Of a stretch of DNA of 64,000 bases, positions 24,981 to 37,094 are shown in pieces. Every line of letters starts with the position of its first letter. Within the stretch, counting starts at the first letter, position 1. The position numbers were made by a program, and so were the translations under genes. Origin of the DNA: Octopus bimaculoides (Eukaryota); NCBI RefSeq assembly GCF_001194135.2, contig NC_068983.1:142029600-142093599 (forward strand), in the 5' to 3' direction. Below the pieces are notes generated by a model. It was given only the letters and a program-made list of their open reading frames with translations, was not told the origin of the DNA and did not search any database.

Positions 24981-25130
24981 TGAAGTGGTTGACATTAGAA
25001 AGGTCATCCAACCTCAAAAACCATGCCAAAGCAGATATCAGAGCTTGGCACAATCTTTTGACTTCTCAGTTCTGTCAAACAGTCCAACCCATACCAGTAT
25101 GGAAAATAAACGTTAAAGGATGATGATGAT
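24981..25130 (+). mobile_element. (GAT)n-tail retroposon 3' part, diverged
   Basis: GTGGTTGACATTAGAAAGGTCATCC...TCCAACCCATACCAGTATGGAAAA..CGTTAAAGGATGATGATGAT. Confidence 0.75.
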
Positions 25131-25725
25131 ACTTGTATAATTCTGGTTTCAGTATTTTTATCAACAAGATAAAATCTAGGAATCACCTGAATTCCTTGGA
25201 AGATCGGCTAACTGCAATCAGCAAGGAAGTTCCATGTTTTGATAAAGTCTTGAATGAAAATCAGAAACAAAATCACTGATTTCTTTCATTCATAACATTG
25301 AGTGATTTAATAATTTATAGTTGTTTCTGTTCAATTTACATTAGCATTTTATGCACTGAGTCTGAAGCAGTTAATCTTTTAGTTCAGTATGTTCACCCAC
25401 AGTTCTCTGTGGGTGGTTTAATTTAAAAAAAAAAATTAAATTTGGCATTAGAAAAGTGATATTTTTGTTTTGAAATGCAATATTACTTTTGTAAGGGTGC
25501 AAAAATTAATCAAACATTACATAAAGATGCAGACAATAGGAAAAGTTGGCTACTGCTGCTATAAACCAACAACCTCTTTATATTCAGCCAAACCAAAAAC
25601 TGGGTGGAAAGAAAAGATGATTCTTTGATGTCTATAATGATGGAAAAGTAGATGTTAGGTAGTGCACCTGAACACTGTATCCAATAGACTCATCATATTA
25701 TTATTAATGCACCATGCTGGCAGAG

Positions 25726-25937
25726 TTGTTAGCATGCCAGGCAAAATACTTAGCGATACTTCATCTGCCACTACATTCTGAGTTCAAATTCTGCTGATGA
25801 AACTTTGCTTTTCATCCTTTCAGGGTCATTAAATTAAGTACCAGTGAAATTCTGGGATCGATGTAATCAACTAGTCCCCTACCCAAAAACTTCAGGCCTT
25901 GTACCTATAATAGAAAGGATTATTATTATTATTGTTG

Positions 25938-26010
<73 letters not shown>
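25726..26010 (+). mobile_element. tRNA-SINE family C with expanded (ATT)n tail (25919-26010)
   Basis: GCTGGCAGAGTTGTTAGCATGCCAGGCAAAATACTTAGC...GAGTTCAAATTC...AGAAAGG then ~30 ATT units. Confidence 0.85.
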
Positions 26011-26013
<3 letters not shown>

Positions 26014-26517
26014 ACTGTTAAAAATATCTGATTTCTGAAAATGGCAGGTCTTTAGGGTAAATATTTATTTTAAAGAAATTTTTTTTAAGAGAACAGTACA
26101 TAATGATATATTTTCCATTTTCTGGTGAATAAATGCTAAATTCTAGAACTTTTCAAGCAGTCCTTACTTGTATTATATGCATTTAAAGAATGCTGGAAGG
26201 ATTTATTGTGCTACTTTAACAAATCCAAATGCTTGCTATTATAAGTTTGAACTTGTGTTTTGAGCTTTTTGTATTGCTAAAAAAAAAATAGAATGGATCA
26301 AGCTATTTTTTAAATGCATTTTTATATAATTTACACATTTTTTGCTTTAAAATATATTTATATATATTTGATGAATGTGATATTCAAATTTAAATAACTT
26401 TGATTGTTCATGTAGCAATTAGTTCTTGTTCTTTATGTAGTGAAAAGTGTCAGAATAGTTTGACTATAGAAGAATTGTTAGAAGGTACCTATTTCAGTAT
26501 TTAATCTTCTATTTCAG

Positions 26518-26645
26518 AGTGTAACCATTAGTGAGGTATCATTTCCTGCCTTGTTAATGTTAATTCTGGGTTTAATGCACTCTCAAACAGTCTTAGCTCA
26601 CTTTTCTCATAAACCTACCAGCAGAGATGGCTTGCTTTTACAAAG
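26518..26645 (+). CDS. PHTF: PHTF coding exon 6: SVTISEVSFPALLMLILGLMHSQTVLAHFSHKPTSRDGLLLQ(R)
   Basis: ATTTCAG acceptor, AAG|GTATGA donor; 128 nt, phase 0-2; matches [20 protein letters not shown]. Confidence 0.93.
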
Positions 26646-27330
26646 GTATGATTTAACTAGCTTCTTTTTCTTCCTTTGTTTTTTCTGTTCTATGTGTTTC
26701 TGTGAGGACTCAGTAGCTGATATAGCTGCAGAATAATTATTCAGTTGTTGATGCATAGCTCTGGTCATCCTTCATCAACCTATGGCCTGTAGGTAGCGTT
26801 TTAACAACTGGGTATAGTCTTCAGAGTCAAGTACTGCAGGTACACTATATCTTCGGTTGATCAACGACCTTACTACACACACTCTCAAAATGTAGTAAGT
26901 TACTGGAAAGAGTACAGTAAGTCAATTAGTCACATATTATGTTCCTTTATGCCTGTTGTTAAGCTCTTGAGCAGCCTTAATCAAGCAGACCTGTGATCAA
27001 TGATGTATCAGCTGCAACCATTCCATCTTCTTTTTTCCGGTCATAGTGTATCTATCTGCATTCATTCCTTCCTTTAAGATAATAGAGAGTGTGAGTTGAG
27101 GGAGATTTGACTGATATTTTTTGCAAATCAAGTGACCATGTGGTTATCACAAGCCCAGGCTATAGGGACTTGTGATAATTGCTGCTCTTTTTCACTTATT
27201 TCTAAAGGTGTGAATTCCAACAATGTTATTGTGTATTTTCATCATCTGGAATTTCTTTCATATTTGCACTTGTTATTGGTTTGAATTGTCAAGTTCAATT
27301 TGGTCTATTTTTGCTTCTATTCTAATATAG

Positions 27331-28279
27331 AGAGAGCAGTAAAAGCTGTCGGAAGAGATCCAGTAAGATTGTTCCAGAAAGGAAACCCAGCTTTGAAACC
27401 ACCCACAAATTATCCTATAGCAAAAAATGTGATGGTAGAAAACGGAGGGAATATAATTTGAATTCAAGGAAAAACTCCAACAGCCGGTGGAATAGTCATA
27501 GTCAACCAGATGCTGATAGTAATTCTGCTTCTGATGAAGATAAAGAGTGCATGAACCTTAGATTAAGCCAGTGCAGCAGCAGTAGTAGCAGCTGTAAAAG
27601 TGAACCTGTCACACATTCTGATTGTCTGCTTCCTAATATCTTAACGAATGACCCTTATGCTAACAAAAATTCCAACAACAAAGTCCTCTCACAGAGGAAT
27701 GTTGAGGCAGTCAACCGGACTTATGTGGTACTTGGTAACTGTATCTACAGTCGCAAACTGGAAGATGTCAACATACAACAGACCAAGGTTGAAAGCCTAT
27801 CTGCAATTGATACTGATGGCACCTGTAAAAACAATTCTAGAATGAACAATACTCCCAAAGTAGTGTTTCAACTGAACAAGAACAGACAATTGCATCGTAG
27901 CCGGAGTTTGGATGACTTGCACTCTTCCTCTGATATCATGGATCTCATGAAATCTGAACCAAGTCATAATAAAAAAAGCAACCAACCTGATGACCATGAG
28001 CTGACGTCACGTAAATGTTCTCTCAAGGATAAAATGCAGTGGTCTCTGTATCATTCTGAAGAAGACTATACTCTTTCATCTAAAATTGCAGGAGATAATA
28101 TTCAAGAATGGAAAGGTTGTTTAGAAAATGGTGGACTTAGACAGCGCCATGGCAAAAGTAAGCGCAAAAGTCACACAAGGAATGTGAGTCCTCTTTCCTA
28201 TGCCACACCCCTACTTAAGTCTAGCCTGCCCCCAAGTTCATCTGATGGAGAAACTGTTGAAACACTAGGATATAGAAAG
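27331..28279 (+). CDS. PHTF: PHTF coding exon 7: 949-nt Ser/Lys/Asn-rich low-complexity region
   Basis: Open frame ESSKSCRK...ETLGYRK containing the tracked ORF 27458..28330; acceptor AATATAG and donor AAG|GTAAGA give phase 2-0, fitting both neighbours. Confidence 0.88.
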
Positions 28280-28716
28280 GTAAGAAAATATCCCATTGAA
28301 GTATGCATGAGTATGTGTGATATTTTATAAACATTTAGAAAGGTTTTAGTTGTACCATTTGTAAGTGCAAGTCTATATGTCTGTATGTGTGTTAATGAGA
28401 CCCTGTTTTTGTGGACCCTGTATTTGTGTTGTTATTGTTTAACTGTAGATCAGCTCTAATTAATCTGGCTGGTCATCAGCTGTGACTACAATCCCATTTT
28501 ATAAGTGTATAAACAACTACATTTTCTTATTTTCCTTATTTCTTTTTTAAGATGATAGAGTTTGATTTGATGGAGAGCACCTTTGTAGAGAACCTCTCCA
28601 TGTTACCTGTGATTCTACATTCATTTATTTGGATAAGATTGCATGCATGTATTTAAGGTGTAGAATGGTTCTAAGTTGAATTTCATTAGAATCAATTTTT
28701 AAACGCAAAATTAAGC

Positions 28717-29013
28717 ACAGGTAGGGTTGTTTGGTTAAGAAATTTTGCTTTGGAATCACATGGTTTGGAGTTCATTTCTACTGTGTAGATGTTTTTGATT
28801 AATATCCTTTGCTCCAGCTGTGGGTTGCCCAATACCTTGTGAGTGAAATTTGGAAGATGGAAGTCAAATTATTTATTGGTCAATAGACTAGGGAAAATAT
28901 TACTTTTCTTGAAAGCATGTGAAGGCTGGTGACAGGAGAAGCATCCAGCTGTAAAAAGTTTTGCTTCAACTAAACCTCAACTGACCATTCAAACATGGAG
29001 TAGATGTTAAAAC
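28717..29013 (+). mobile_element. Degenerate SINE, head H1 with (GAT)-type tail
   Basis: TGTTTGGTTAAGA...CACATGGTTTGGAGTTCA...GGTGACAGGAGAAGCATCCAGCTGTAAAA. Confidence 0.6.
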
Positions 29014-31648
29014 ATGCACGCACACACACATGCACATACACACACATACAAACAAGCATATAATATAGGCTTCAGTACAGTTTTCATGAATCAAATTTCA
29101 CTTACAAGTTATTGATTGACCAGAAGCTGTAGCAGAAGACACTTAAATAATTTGCCGTATATTGGGATGGTATCTGAAACCATAGGGTTGCAAAGTGAAC
29201 ATCTTAACCATATAGCCATACCTGCAGCTACAAAGCTATGCTAATACATGTGCTACATACTCTAATGTGTCTTACTTGAGAACTGAAGTAAGATAGGTTG
29301 GGTATGGTATTTATTACATCCATTCTTAAAAGATTACAAAAGGTGCAGTACTTTACTGTCAAGGACTTTCAGAGGGAAGATATAGGTTTCTTATTGCATT
29401 CTGTAGGACTGTGGCTGGGTTTCAAAATAACAAGATGCTTATCAATTATTGAGTAGGCCTTATGAACTGTGGCTCCCCATAGTTTTTTTTTCCGTATATT
29501 TACAAGCTGGACATAAACATTGCACTTTGCCAGTAATAAAACATTTACATATCTCTATTTTAGCTAGTAAACTGACACCTTACTGTCAGAGGTGGTCGTG
29601 ACTTTCAGTAAATCAATAAGACTTGAAAATGATATATACTAGACATATATGAAACTGAAGCTTATCTGTGAAAGCATGAACAAAATTGTGGGCAGGATAT
29701 TGTTAGAAATACCAGAAATAATAATAAATATTCCAGCTTTGGTGGAAATATTTGTGAGGTTAATATAATTTATAAGTTTTAGTGTTCAAACAGAAAACCT
29801 TATTTTCAGTTCAGTGGGCTTTTATTAGAGTGGAGAAAGGTACAGAGAAATGGGATACATATTTGCAAGATATATACCTCCATAGAACTTGATGTTTTTA
29901 CACTTTTGTTCTTCTTACACTCAGTGAGATATTTCCTGTAGTATGGCCAACTGATTTTCCAATAAAATTCTTTCTGTAAGAATTGTTGCTTGCTTGATTT
30001 TGAAAGTGTTGAAGGTCTTGCAATGCCTGTCTGTGAGTCATACTCTGTATTCTTGTTCAGGATATTCCTTAATGATCTATGAAGGAAATAACTATACATT
30101 AACTTATCTCACATTTCACTGGAGTTACCTGTTCTGCAGACAAAGATCAGAGAATCCAACACTCAAACAATAACATAATATTAGAAATAGACTCAGACTC
30201 ACCCAAGATCTGTTTTCTTAGACTGCTGAACGTCTCCAGATTTTTCATTACAGGCTGAGCTACATGCAGATTTCCCTGCCCCACCCCCTGCAAATAAAAA
30301 TATATATTTTCCCTTGTGTACCCACATTGTCATGTTCTCAACAGGACTAAATGGTCCTCTCAACCCATGTTGTCTCTGCTTATTTGCTCGTTACGTTACA
30401 GAATGTGCTGGGTGCATTTTTAAAGATACCAGCAGCTGTAAGCTTGCTTTGTATCTTGTAAGATTAACAAGTCCTCACTGCTCTATCATATGTTTGTCCA
30501 TGATGTGTTACACTTCATTGAAAATCTGAATCTCAACTTGAGTTCCCGAAAGAGTTGGAGTCCTTGATATTTGTTAAATTTATTAATTGGGTAACACAAA
30601 GCAGATACATACAATGCATTTCCGTGTCTCTTTCAACTCCAGCAAGGAGCTTTTTGTCTAAAGATTTAACCATGAAAACATTAACAAACAATACATATGC
30701 AATTATATTGATGTAACAAGATTAACAGTTACTATTTCAACTGTTTCTTTATAATCTATTCTATATAATGTACACTGCACACCAATACATCATAAAACTG
30801 ATTAATGAAATTATTTAACAACAGTTTTTTTTTTTTGTCGTGGAGTATTTTTTTTGCTTGCTTTCTTTTTATTTTTACAATAATTCAAGATTAAACTTTA
30901 TGAATATTTCTTATCATTTCTACATATTTCTTAGAATTGATTGTTACTTGTAAAATAAAATAGATTTGCCTGTTGCTAATATAGTTTTATTGGGTAGAGA
31001 TAGATAAAATATTAACAGCTGTGTGATACTGTAATATTTTTTTATTGTGTATGTGTGAGTTTAATATAGTGTAGCATGAAAATGTGTATTGTTAGTGTTT
31101 GGAGTGAGATTTCCAATACTTCTTTTACTCAAGTTGGTGTTAGTTTATGTCTGAAGACCACATTTATTTGAATATTCTTACATTTTTATACTAACTGTTT
31201 AGATGGTTCTATTCGCAATAACTTCATATTAATGTTTGGTAGTGCTTGGAGATAGGGACATTACCTGGAAACAAAATAGCTATCTTCACTTACCTTAGTT
31301 TTACTAGCTAAAAATCAGTAACATAATTAACAATTTGTCTAGGAAGTTAAACTCTGAATGATTTGTGCTCTGTTGAGATCCTAATAATTAATAAACATAA
31401 ACAAAACCACTTTTCAGTTCCTCAGAGTGGTAGTAGAGAGTTATCAAATGTTAGACTTACTCACTAGTTCAAGTTAAACATCACTCAAACTGTAGCTGCA
31501 GTGTTTGAATGAGAGAGAGAGGGGGGGGAGTGAGAGAGAACTGGACTTGTTTGGTTATATTATATAATGTGTAAGTGCTTCAACAATACTGGTGTTTTGT
31601 TTTCAACCCGAGTGCTGCCTTATTCATGTATGGTTTCTTATGTTGCAG

Positions 31649-31828
31649 CCTATGCTCAGCTCTGAGGAGTGGGATGATCGAATGCACTCTGACATTGTGA
31701 CATCCAGCTTTGAGACCAGTAGCTGTACATCAGAAGCTGAACTTTCCAAATCACATGGCCAGTCCGATGAATTCCAGATTCCTGACTGGAATGTCAATAA
31801 CCTGAATGTCATAAATCTTCTACAATCA
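31649..31828 (+). CDS. PHTF: PHTF coding exon 8: PMLSSEEWDDRMHSDIVTSSFETSSCTSEAE...NLLQS
   Basis: TTGCAG acceptor, TCA|GTATGA donor; 180 nt, phase 0-0; conserved SSCTSE motif. Confidence 0.9.
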
Positions 31829-32439
31829 GTATGAGTTAACGAACTTAATTCATTTTCATTCATCTCTCACATCACTTTTCCATGCTTTATCTAATTAAAT
31901 AACTTTACGTTTTCCCTTTCATGTGAAATCTGCATAACACTATTTTTCATTTACTAATTATTAACACTAATGCATCTTCCCACTTGTTTTGCTCTCTCTC
32001 TCTTTCTCTCTCTCCCTCTCTCTTTTTCTCCTTCTCGCTAGCTGTTTGCCTAACCTATCAATCTATCTATATCTTTATGTAATATATATATATATATATA
32101 TAGGATGATTGAAAAGTTCATTTAGTGTTAACTGGCCAACAACTGAGGTCAGCTGAGTTTGTTAATGTGTGTTCTTATCTTCCCATTTCTATTTCTCTCC
32201 CTCCTGCCTCACCAGAACCTTCACCCACCTCTCTACCCCATTCATTAAACCCTCCTGACCCCAGTTTGCTTGTTGACTGTTATGGCCCAAGGATTTCAGC
32301 ATAGCTGGTCTAGGCCTTACCATTCATACTGCCAGCATACCTGAACAGTTGAACTAGGTATATCCAGACAATTGAACAGGATTTATATTGTGCCATTCTT
32401 AAGATTATGAAAATTCTCATATCTTGACAATGAAAATTT

Positions 32440-32926
32440 ATATCTCACCGAGGCGATGACTACTGACCGAGACCTTTGGAAATGTGCTGTGCGTGAGAAG
32501 ACCCGGCAAGCCAAGTAAGATCGTTGCCAGTGCCCCTGGACTGGCTCTTGTGCGGGTGGCACATAGGATGCACCATTTTGAGCGTGGCCGTTGCCGTTGC
32601 CAGTACCGCCTGACTGGCTTCTGTAGGATTTTCGAGCGAGATTGTTGCCAGTGCCCCTGGACTGGCTTGTGCGCGTGGCACATAAAAGACACCATTTTGA
32701 GCGTGGCCATTGCCAGTATCGCCTGACTGGCCTTCATGCAGGTGACACATAAAAGCACCTACTACACTCTCTGAGTGGTTGGCGTTAGGAAGGGCATCCA
32801 GCTGTAGAAACTCTGCCAAATTTAGATTGGAGCCTGGTGTTGCCATCCGGTTTCACCAGTCCTCAGTCAAGTCGTCCAACCCATGCTAGCATGGAAAGCG
32901 GACGTTAAACGATGATGATGATCATC
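32440..32926 (+). mobile_element. 5'-truncated RTE LINE: last ORF2 codons + repeat-containing 3' UTR + (GAT)n
   Basis: LTEAMTTDRDLWKCAVREKTRQAK* then two ~120-bp internal repeats and the shared tail; little apparent decay. Confidence 0.85.
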
Positions 32927-33032
32927 ATACTTGATTTCAGATATTTATCATTCAATTGCCTTATAAATATTGTAAATGCTGTCTCTATAACAGGCTGCAA
33001 TTTTGTTTCATTTCTTATCTCTCAATTAAGGT

Positions 33033-33222
33033 GATGAAATGGCAGAATCATTAGCACACTGAGCAAAATACTTTACATTCTATGTTCAAATTCTGCTGAA
33101 GTCAACTTTGCCTTTCATCCTTTCAGAGTCAATGAAATAAGTACCAGTTATTTGCTGGGGTTGATGTAATCGACTAGCTTCCACTCCAAAATTTCAGGCC
33201 TTGTGCGTTTAGTAGAAAGGCT
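33033..33222 (+). mobile_element. tRNA-SINE family C
   Basis: TGGCAGAATCATTAGCAC...GTTCAAATTCTGC...AAATAAGTACCAG...GGCCTTGTGC. Confidence 0.8.
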
Positions 33223-34030
33223 TGTTTATCTGTTAATTGTCTTATGAGTGATATATATGTTGTGTGGATGATAGCTTGCCTTTGATTTTATTCAACAATT
33301 AAACTTTTACATATGCAGACTGTAGTAGAATAGTATTATGCTATAGAATAATATCACTGAATACTTACCAAAGGTACTTATTCAGTGATATAAGCAATAA
33401 TATCCCGAATAGTTGTCATGTTTTTGTTACCTTATACAGTTGCATTCCTTCCTCAGGAAAATCTTGGTATAATCTGGCATCATATTCAGTTGCTTTTAGC
33501 TTAGCATCACAGAATTTGGTAATATGTGTTTAAAGGCTGCCTTTGATATATATTAGAATTCACTATTTCAACTGATGAATCCGAATAGAGGATTGTGTCC
33601 TTTTGTTTAGTTGTACTCTTTTTTTTTATAAGTTGAAAAAAAATGTTAAATCTTTCATCACTTCAGAAATCTGTAGCCAATTAGTCTAATCATCTACTCA
33701 TAACTAGAAATTTTGTAAATATATTTACCAAATCTTAATTTATTATAGAGACATTCCTATTAGCAACTGTTGTCTTTAACAAAAATATGCAGAGAAAAGA
33801 ATAAAAGTTTTCTTTCTTTTCTATTAAGATCTAGTTGTGTTGGCTTTTATCTTGAAACTCCATTTAGAACCACTCATGAGAGTTGAGTCATTGAATGATC
33901 CTCTATATTGTTTCTTAACATGCTAAAAATTGCAGCCGAATCTCCTTCAAATCATACCTCATCATCTTGAAAAGAAAATTATAATGTTCTAGATACACTA
34001 TTCATGAAAAAATGGAAATCTGAGTATGTT

Positions 34031-34246
34031 TTCATCCTTTAGTATTTAAACTGGTCATATTCTGCCCAAAAATTCTGTCAGTTTTATGTTAAAACTAGTC
34101 AGATCTGACCTCTCACACCTATTCTACAATGTCTTTCTAAAAATAAACAATCACATCTTAAAAATTTCGAAGCTACAAAATAGTGCCGGATTAATGTCAG
34201 TAAATAAGCATTACATTTGACAATAATCTGGATACTAAAGGGTTGA
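34031..34246 (+). mobile_element. ~215-bp MITE-like element (second copy 42193-42407)
   Basis: Two copies share AGTCAGATCTG(A/G)CCTCTCACA...AAGCATTACATTTGA...AATCT...CTAAAGGGTT; ends resemble the inverted repeat CCCTTTAG/CTAAAGGG. Confidence 0.7.
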
Positions 34247-36298
34247 TCAGAGCTAACTCTGACTAAACGGTAACAGAAACTCTTGGTAAGTAAGATAAAT
34301 AAGTAAAGTACCATTTGCTATTATTTTCAGCTCATCATCACTGAGACAAGAAGACAGTGGTAGGGCTTCAATCAATTTTTAACTTGCTTGATTGCAGTTA
34401 TCAAATTGTGTTTAAATTGTATCTGAACAGAGTAAGATCGAATCATGTTTGTTCTTCATCTGCTTCAAACAGAAGATACGAGATTGCTAATGGGAATTGC
34501 GATCAGTCTGGGACAGTTTTGCAGTTTGACACCCAAATCTAACCATGAAGATATTGTGTGACAACTGTCTAATTACAATCTTCTCTTAAGAAACTAAATC
34601 TTACACAAACTGAACCAAGCCATTAGTATTGTTTATGTTTAATGCAGTAGAAGTTTCAGATACAGATAGTAATTTTGAAAAGAATCTGTTAAAGCATCAA
34701 TAAGGTTTACTCTAAAAGATAAATTAGTTTATGTTGATATGATTCTCTATCCAGGAGTTATAATTGTATCAATTGCTTATATGTGAGACGATGCAAGCTA
34801 CCAGTGTATGGGTTGTGAATTTAAATCAATCAGAGTTAGGCATTTGGAGAGAGACCTTAATTCCATGTGCTTCAGTTCCTTCAGATCTTTTAGGACCGTC
34901 ATCTGGGATACATATTGTCCATGAGATTTCTCTCTTGACTACTTAATGCAATGAAACTGGCATTCAGGGTTACTCCTATTGTTCTTGTTGTATCCCTCAG
35001 CTGAAAGCATAAAACCTTGAGTGTTCTCTCTCGAAGCCTGGTTCTATCACTCAAGAAGCTGGGTTGCTGTTACACCATCAAGAATATGTATCTAATTGTG
35101 TGTGTGTGTATGTGTGGGATGATTTGGCTCATGGTGCTCTTGTTAACCCTTTGAGAATTTTGAGAACATAGAGCAAAGCTATGAGAGAGAGAGAGAGAGA
35201 GAGAGAGTTAGATGTGGGCATGTAACAGAAAGGGAATGTCTGAAGGCAGGTATAATATTGTTCTGATTGAATCTTGTATGAGGTCTTATAAAGTCAAATA
35301 TACAAGAGTATATATTACATGGGTATAATGCCCTATGATAGAAAAGCTATAGGAAGAGCCTTAGAAATCTTATTAAAGGAGTTCCTATTAATCTGGAAAT
35401 GAAACCAGATCAGTAGAGTAGTTTATTAAGTATTTACTACCACATTAAATACATTGGATACTACTGTAAAACTAGAAATTTTCATTTAACCACTGTAGGG
35501 ATATTGTAGGAGACTAGAGACAATATTTAGTGTCATCAATTGGCTCTAAAGCTTTTCAAGTGGATGAAATAAGTTTCAGCAGTATGTATTCTAGTACCGT
35601 ATTGATCAACCATACCGTCTCCTACATAACTTGGTATAATGCCTGGTCTAAAGAAATTAATATTATTGATTTGGTATCTGATATAATGTACGCTTGATTC
35701 ACAACTATCCATAGAGTTTTATTGTCTGCATAAGCTTCAGTTAGAAAGGCAAATGTATTCTACTCTCAGAAGGATGTTCTTAAGAGTCACTAATTCACTT
35801 CAGTTCTATGGCATAAAAGAAATGATTGATAAATATATTTTGGCTAGAATGTCAGTCTAGTGAATATAACATTCCCAGGTAGTCTTTCTAGTATCTATTT
35901 CAACTGCTACATAGCAAAAAAAATTGCATTATTAGTCCAATACCGCATCTATACAGTCACCTTCCTCTCCTTTACTTCAATTTCATAAAATGAAACAATT
36001 GGAGTAATGTCACATGCATAGACACGTGACATGACATGCAATGCTTGCCTCAGAATTCAAACTAATTTTCTTTGTAGTAGTAGAACAGCAATTGAATCAG
36101 TTTTGTTGTAATGTACCACAAACAGGTGTGGAATCTAAGATTTGCCATCTGTTATGTTTGCTGGTAAATATTATGAATCAGTATTTCTCTCACTTCTCTC
36201 TTTGTCTACTCACACACATACAGAGCTACATATAGTAACAATTACTATATAGTCCATTTCTTTTCTGTCCTAAATTGTCTTCTGATTTGTTTTTTCAG

Positions 36299-36350
36299 CC
36301 TGGTAACTTAGCTGCTGGCCATGGAAGTCATATACCACCTCCTGATAAAG
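36299..36350 (+). CDS. PHTF: PHTF coding exon 9: PGNLAAGHGSHIPPPDK(V), with GC donor
   Basis: Long polypyrimidine tract + CAG; AAG|GCAAGT donor; 52 nt, phase 0-1, which is needed to join phase-0 exon 8 to phase-1 exon 10. Confidence 0.85.
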
Positions 36351-37094
36351 GCAAGTTACTCTTGTATTTTATCAAACAGTACAAATACAACACATTGCAC
36401 TCACACACACACACACACACATAATTATCATGCTGAGATGGTTTGGATGATATTTTATGATCCAAGTCAATTCTAATTGGATGCCACTGCTCTTACAGAT
36501 GAACTGGAGGAAGACATCTTGCTTGTATGTTTCATTTTTGTCTTGGTTTCTACAGCTAAATGCCTTTCCTATCACCGGCTACTTTACAAAGTGTACTGGC
36601 CACCATGTGCAAAGTGTACTGGGAGTGATGTCAGAAGAACAGCCAGAATACTTTGAAAAAGGGAACAAAGGTATGATGGTAGAAACAGAATGATGGGTTG
36701 AGAGAAAAAAAGGGAGTCATGGGTGATAGTAAAGATAGATAATGGTTAGAGTGAGTGATGAATGACAGTAACAAGTGCCCTTGGGAGAGTGAATGATGAC
36801 CAGCAATACAGAAAAGGGTGAGGGTAGAGTGTGTTGGGTACAAACAGGTCCAATGAAGTCTCATATGTCAGTCATATGATGGGTAAGAGAGGTGGAGTTA
36901 CAGTGATGATAGTAGGGGTATAGAATGGAGTTATGCCCATACCATCCTTTGTGAAATGGATGGCAAGATTGATAGGGAGATGAGAAGAAGTCAAAGATGT
37001 GGAAGGGCAACAAATGCAGACTTCACAGGATGTGTGTGTGTGTGTATTTTAATATTTTGTATTGGCATAACAAGATTGATAACCTGGCGTTGAA

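Noticed and set aside
27458-28330. 290-aa ORF as a stand-alone gene
   Set aside because: Starts at TTG inside a frame open from the acceptor at 27331 and runs past a strong donor at 28279; it is PHTF exon 7.
30254-30457. Possible extra in-frame cassette exon (AELHADFPAPPP...)
   Set aside because: Acceptor is plausible and phase 0-0 is possible, but the donor CTT|GTAAGA is weak, there is no similarity to PHTF, and the gene model does not need it. Only RNA-seq could rescue it.
32520-32760. Repeat-spacer appearance (also 46795-46940 and 49938-50140) suggesting a CRISPR-like array
   Set aside because: Eukaryotic context, degenerate repeats, related spacers and no cas genes; the first two are LINE 3' UTR repeats.
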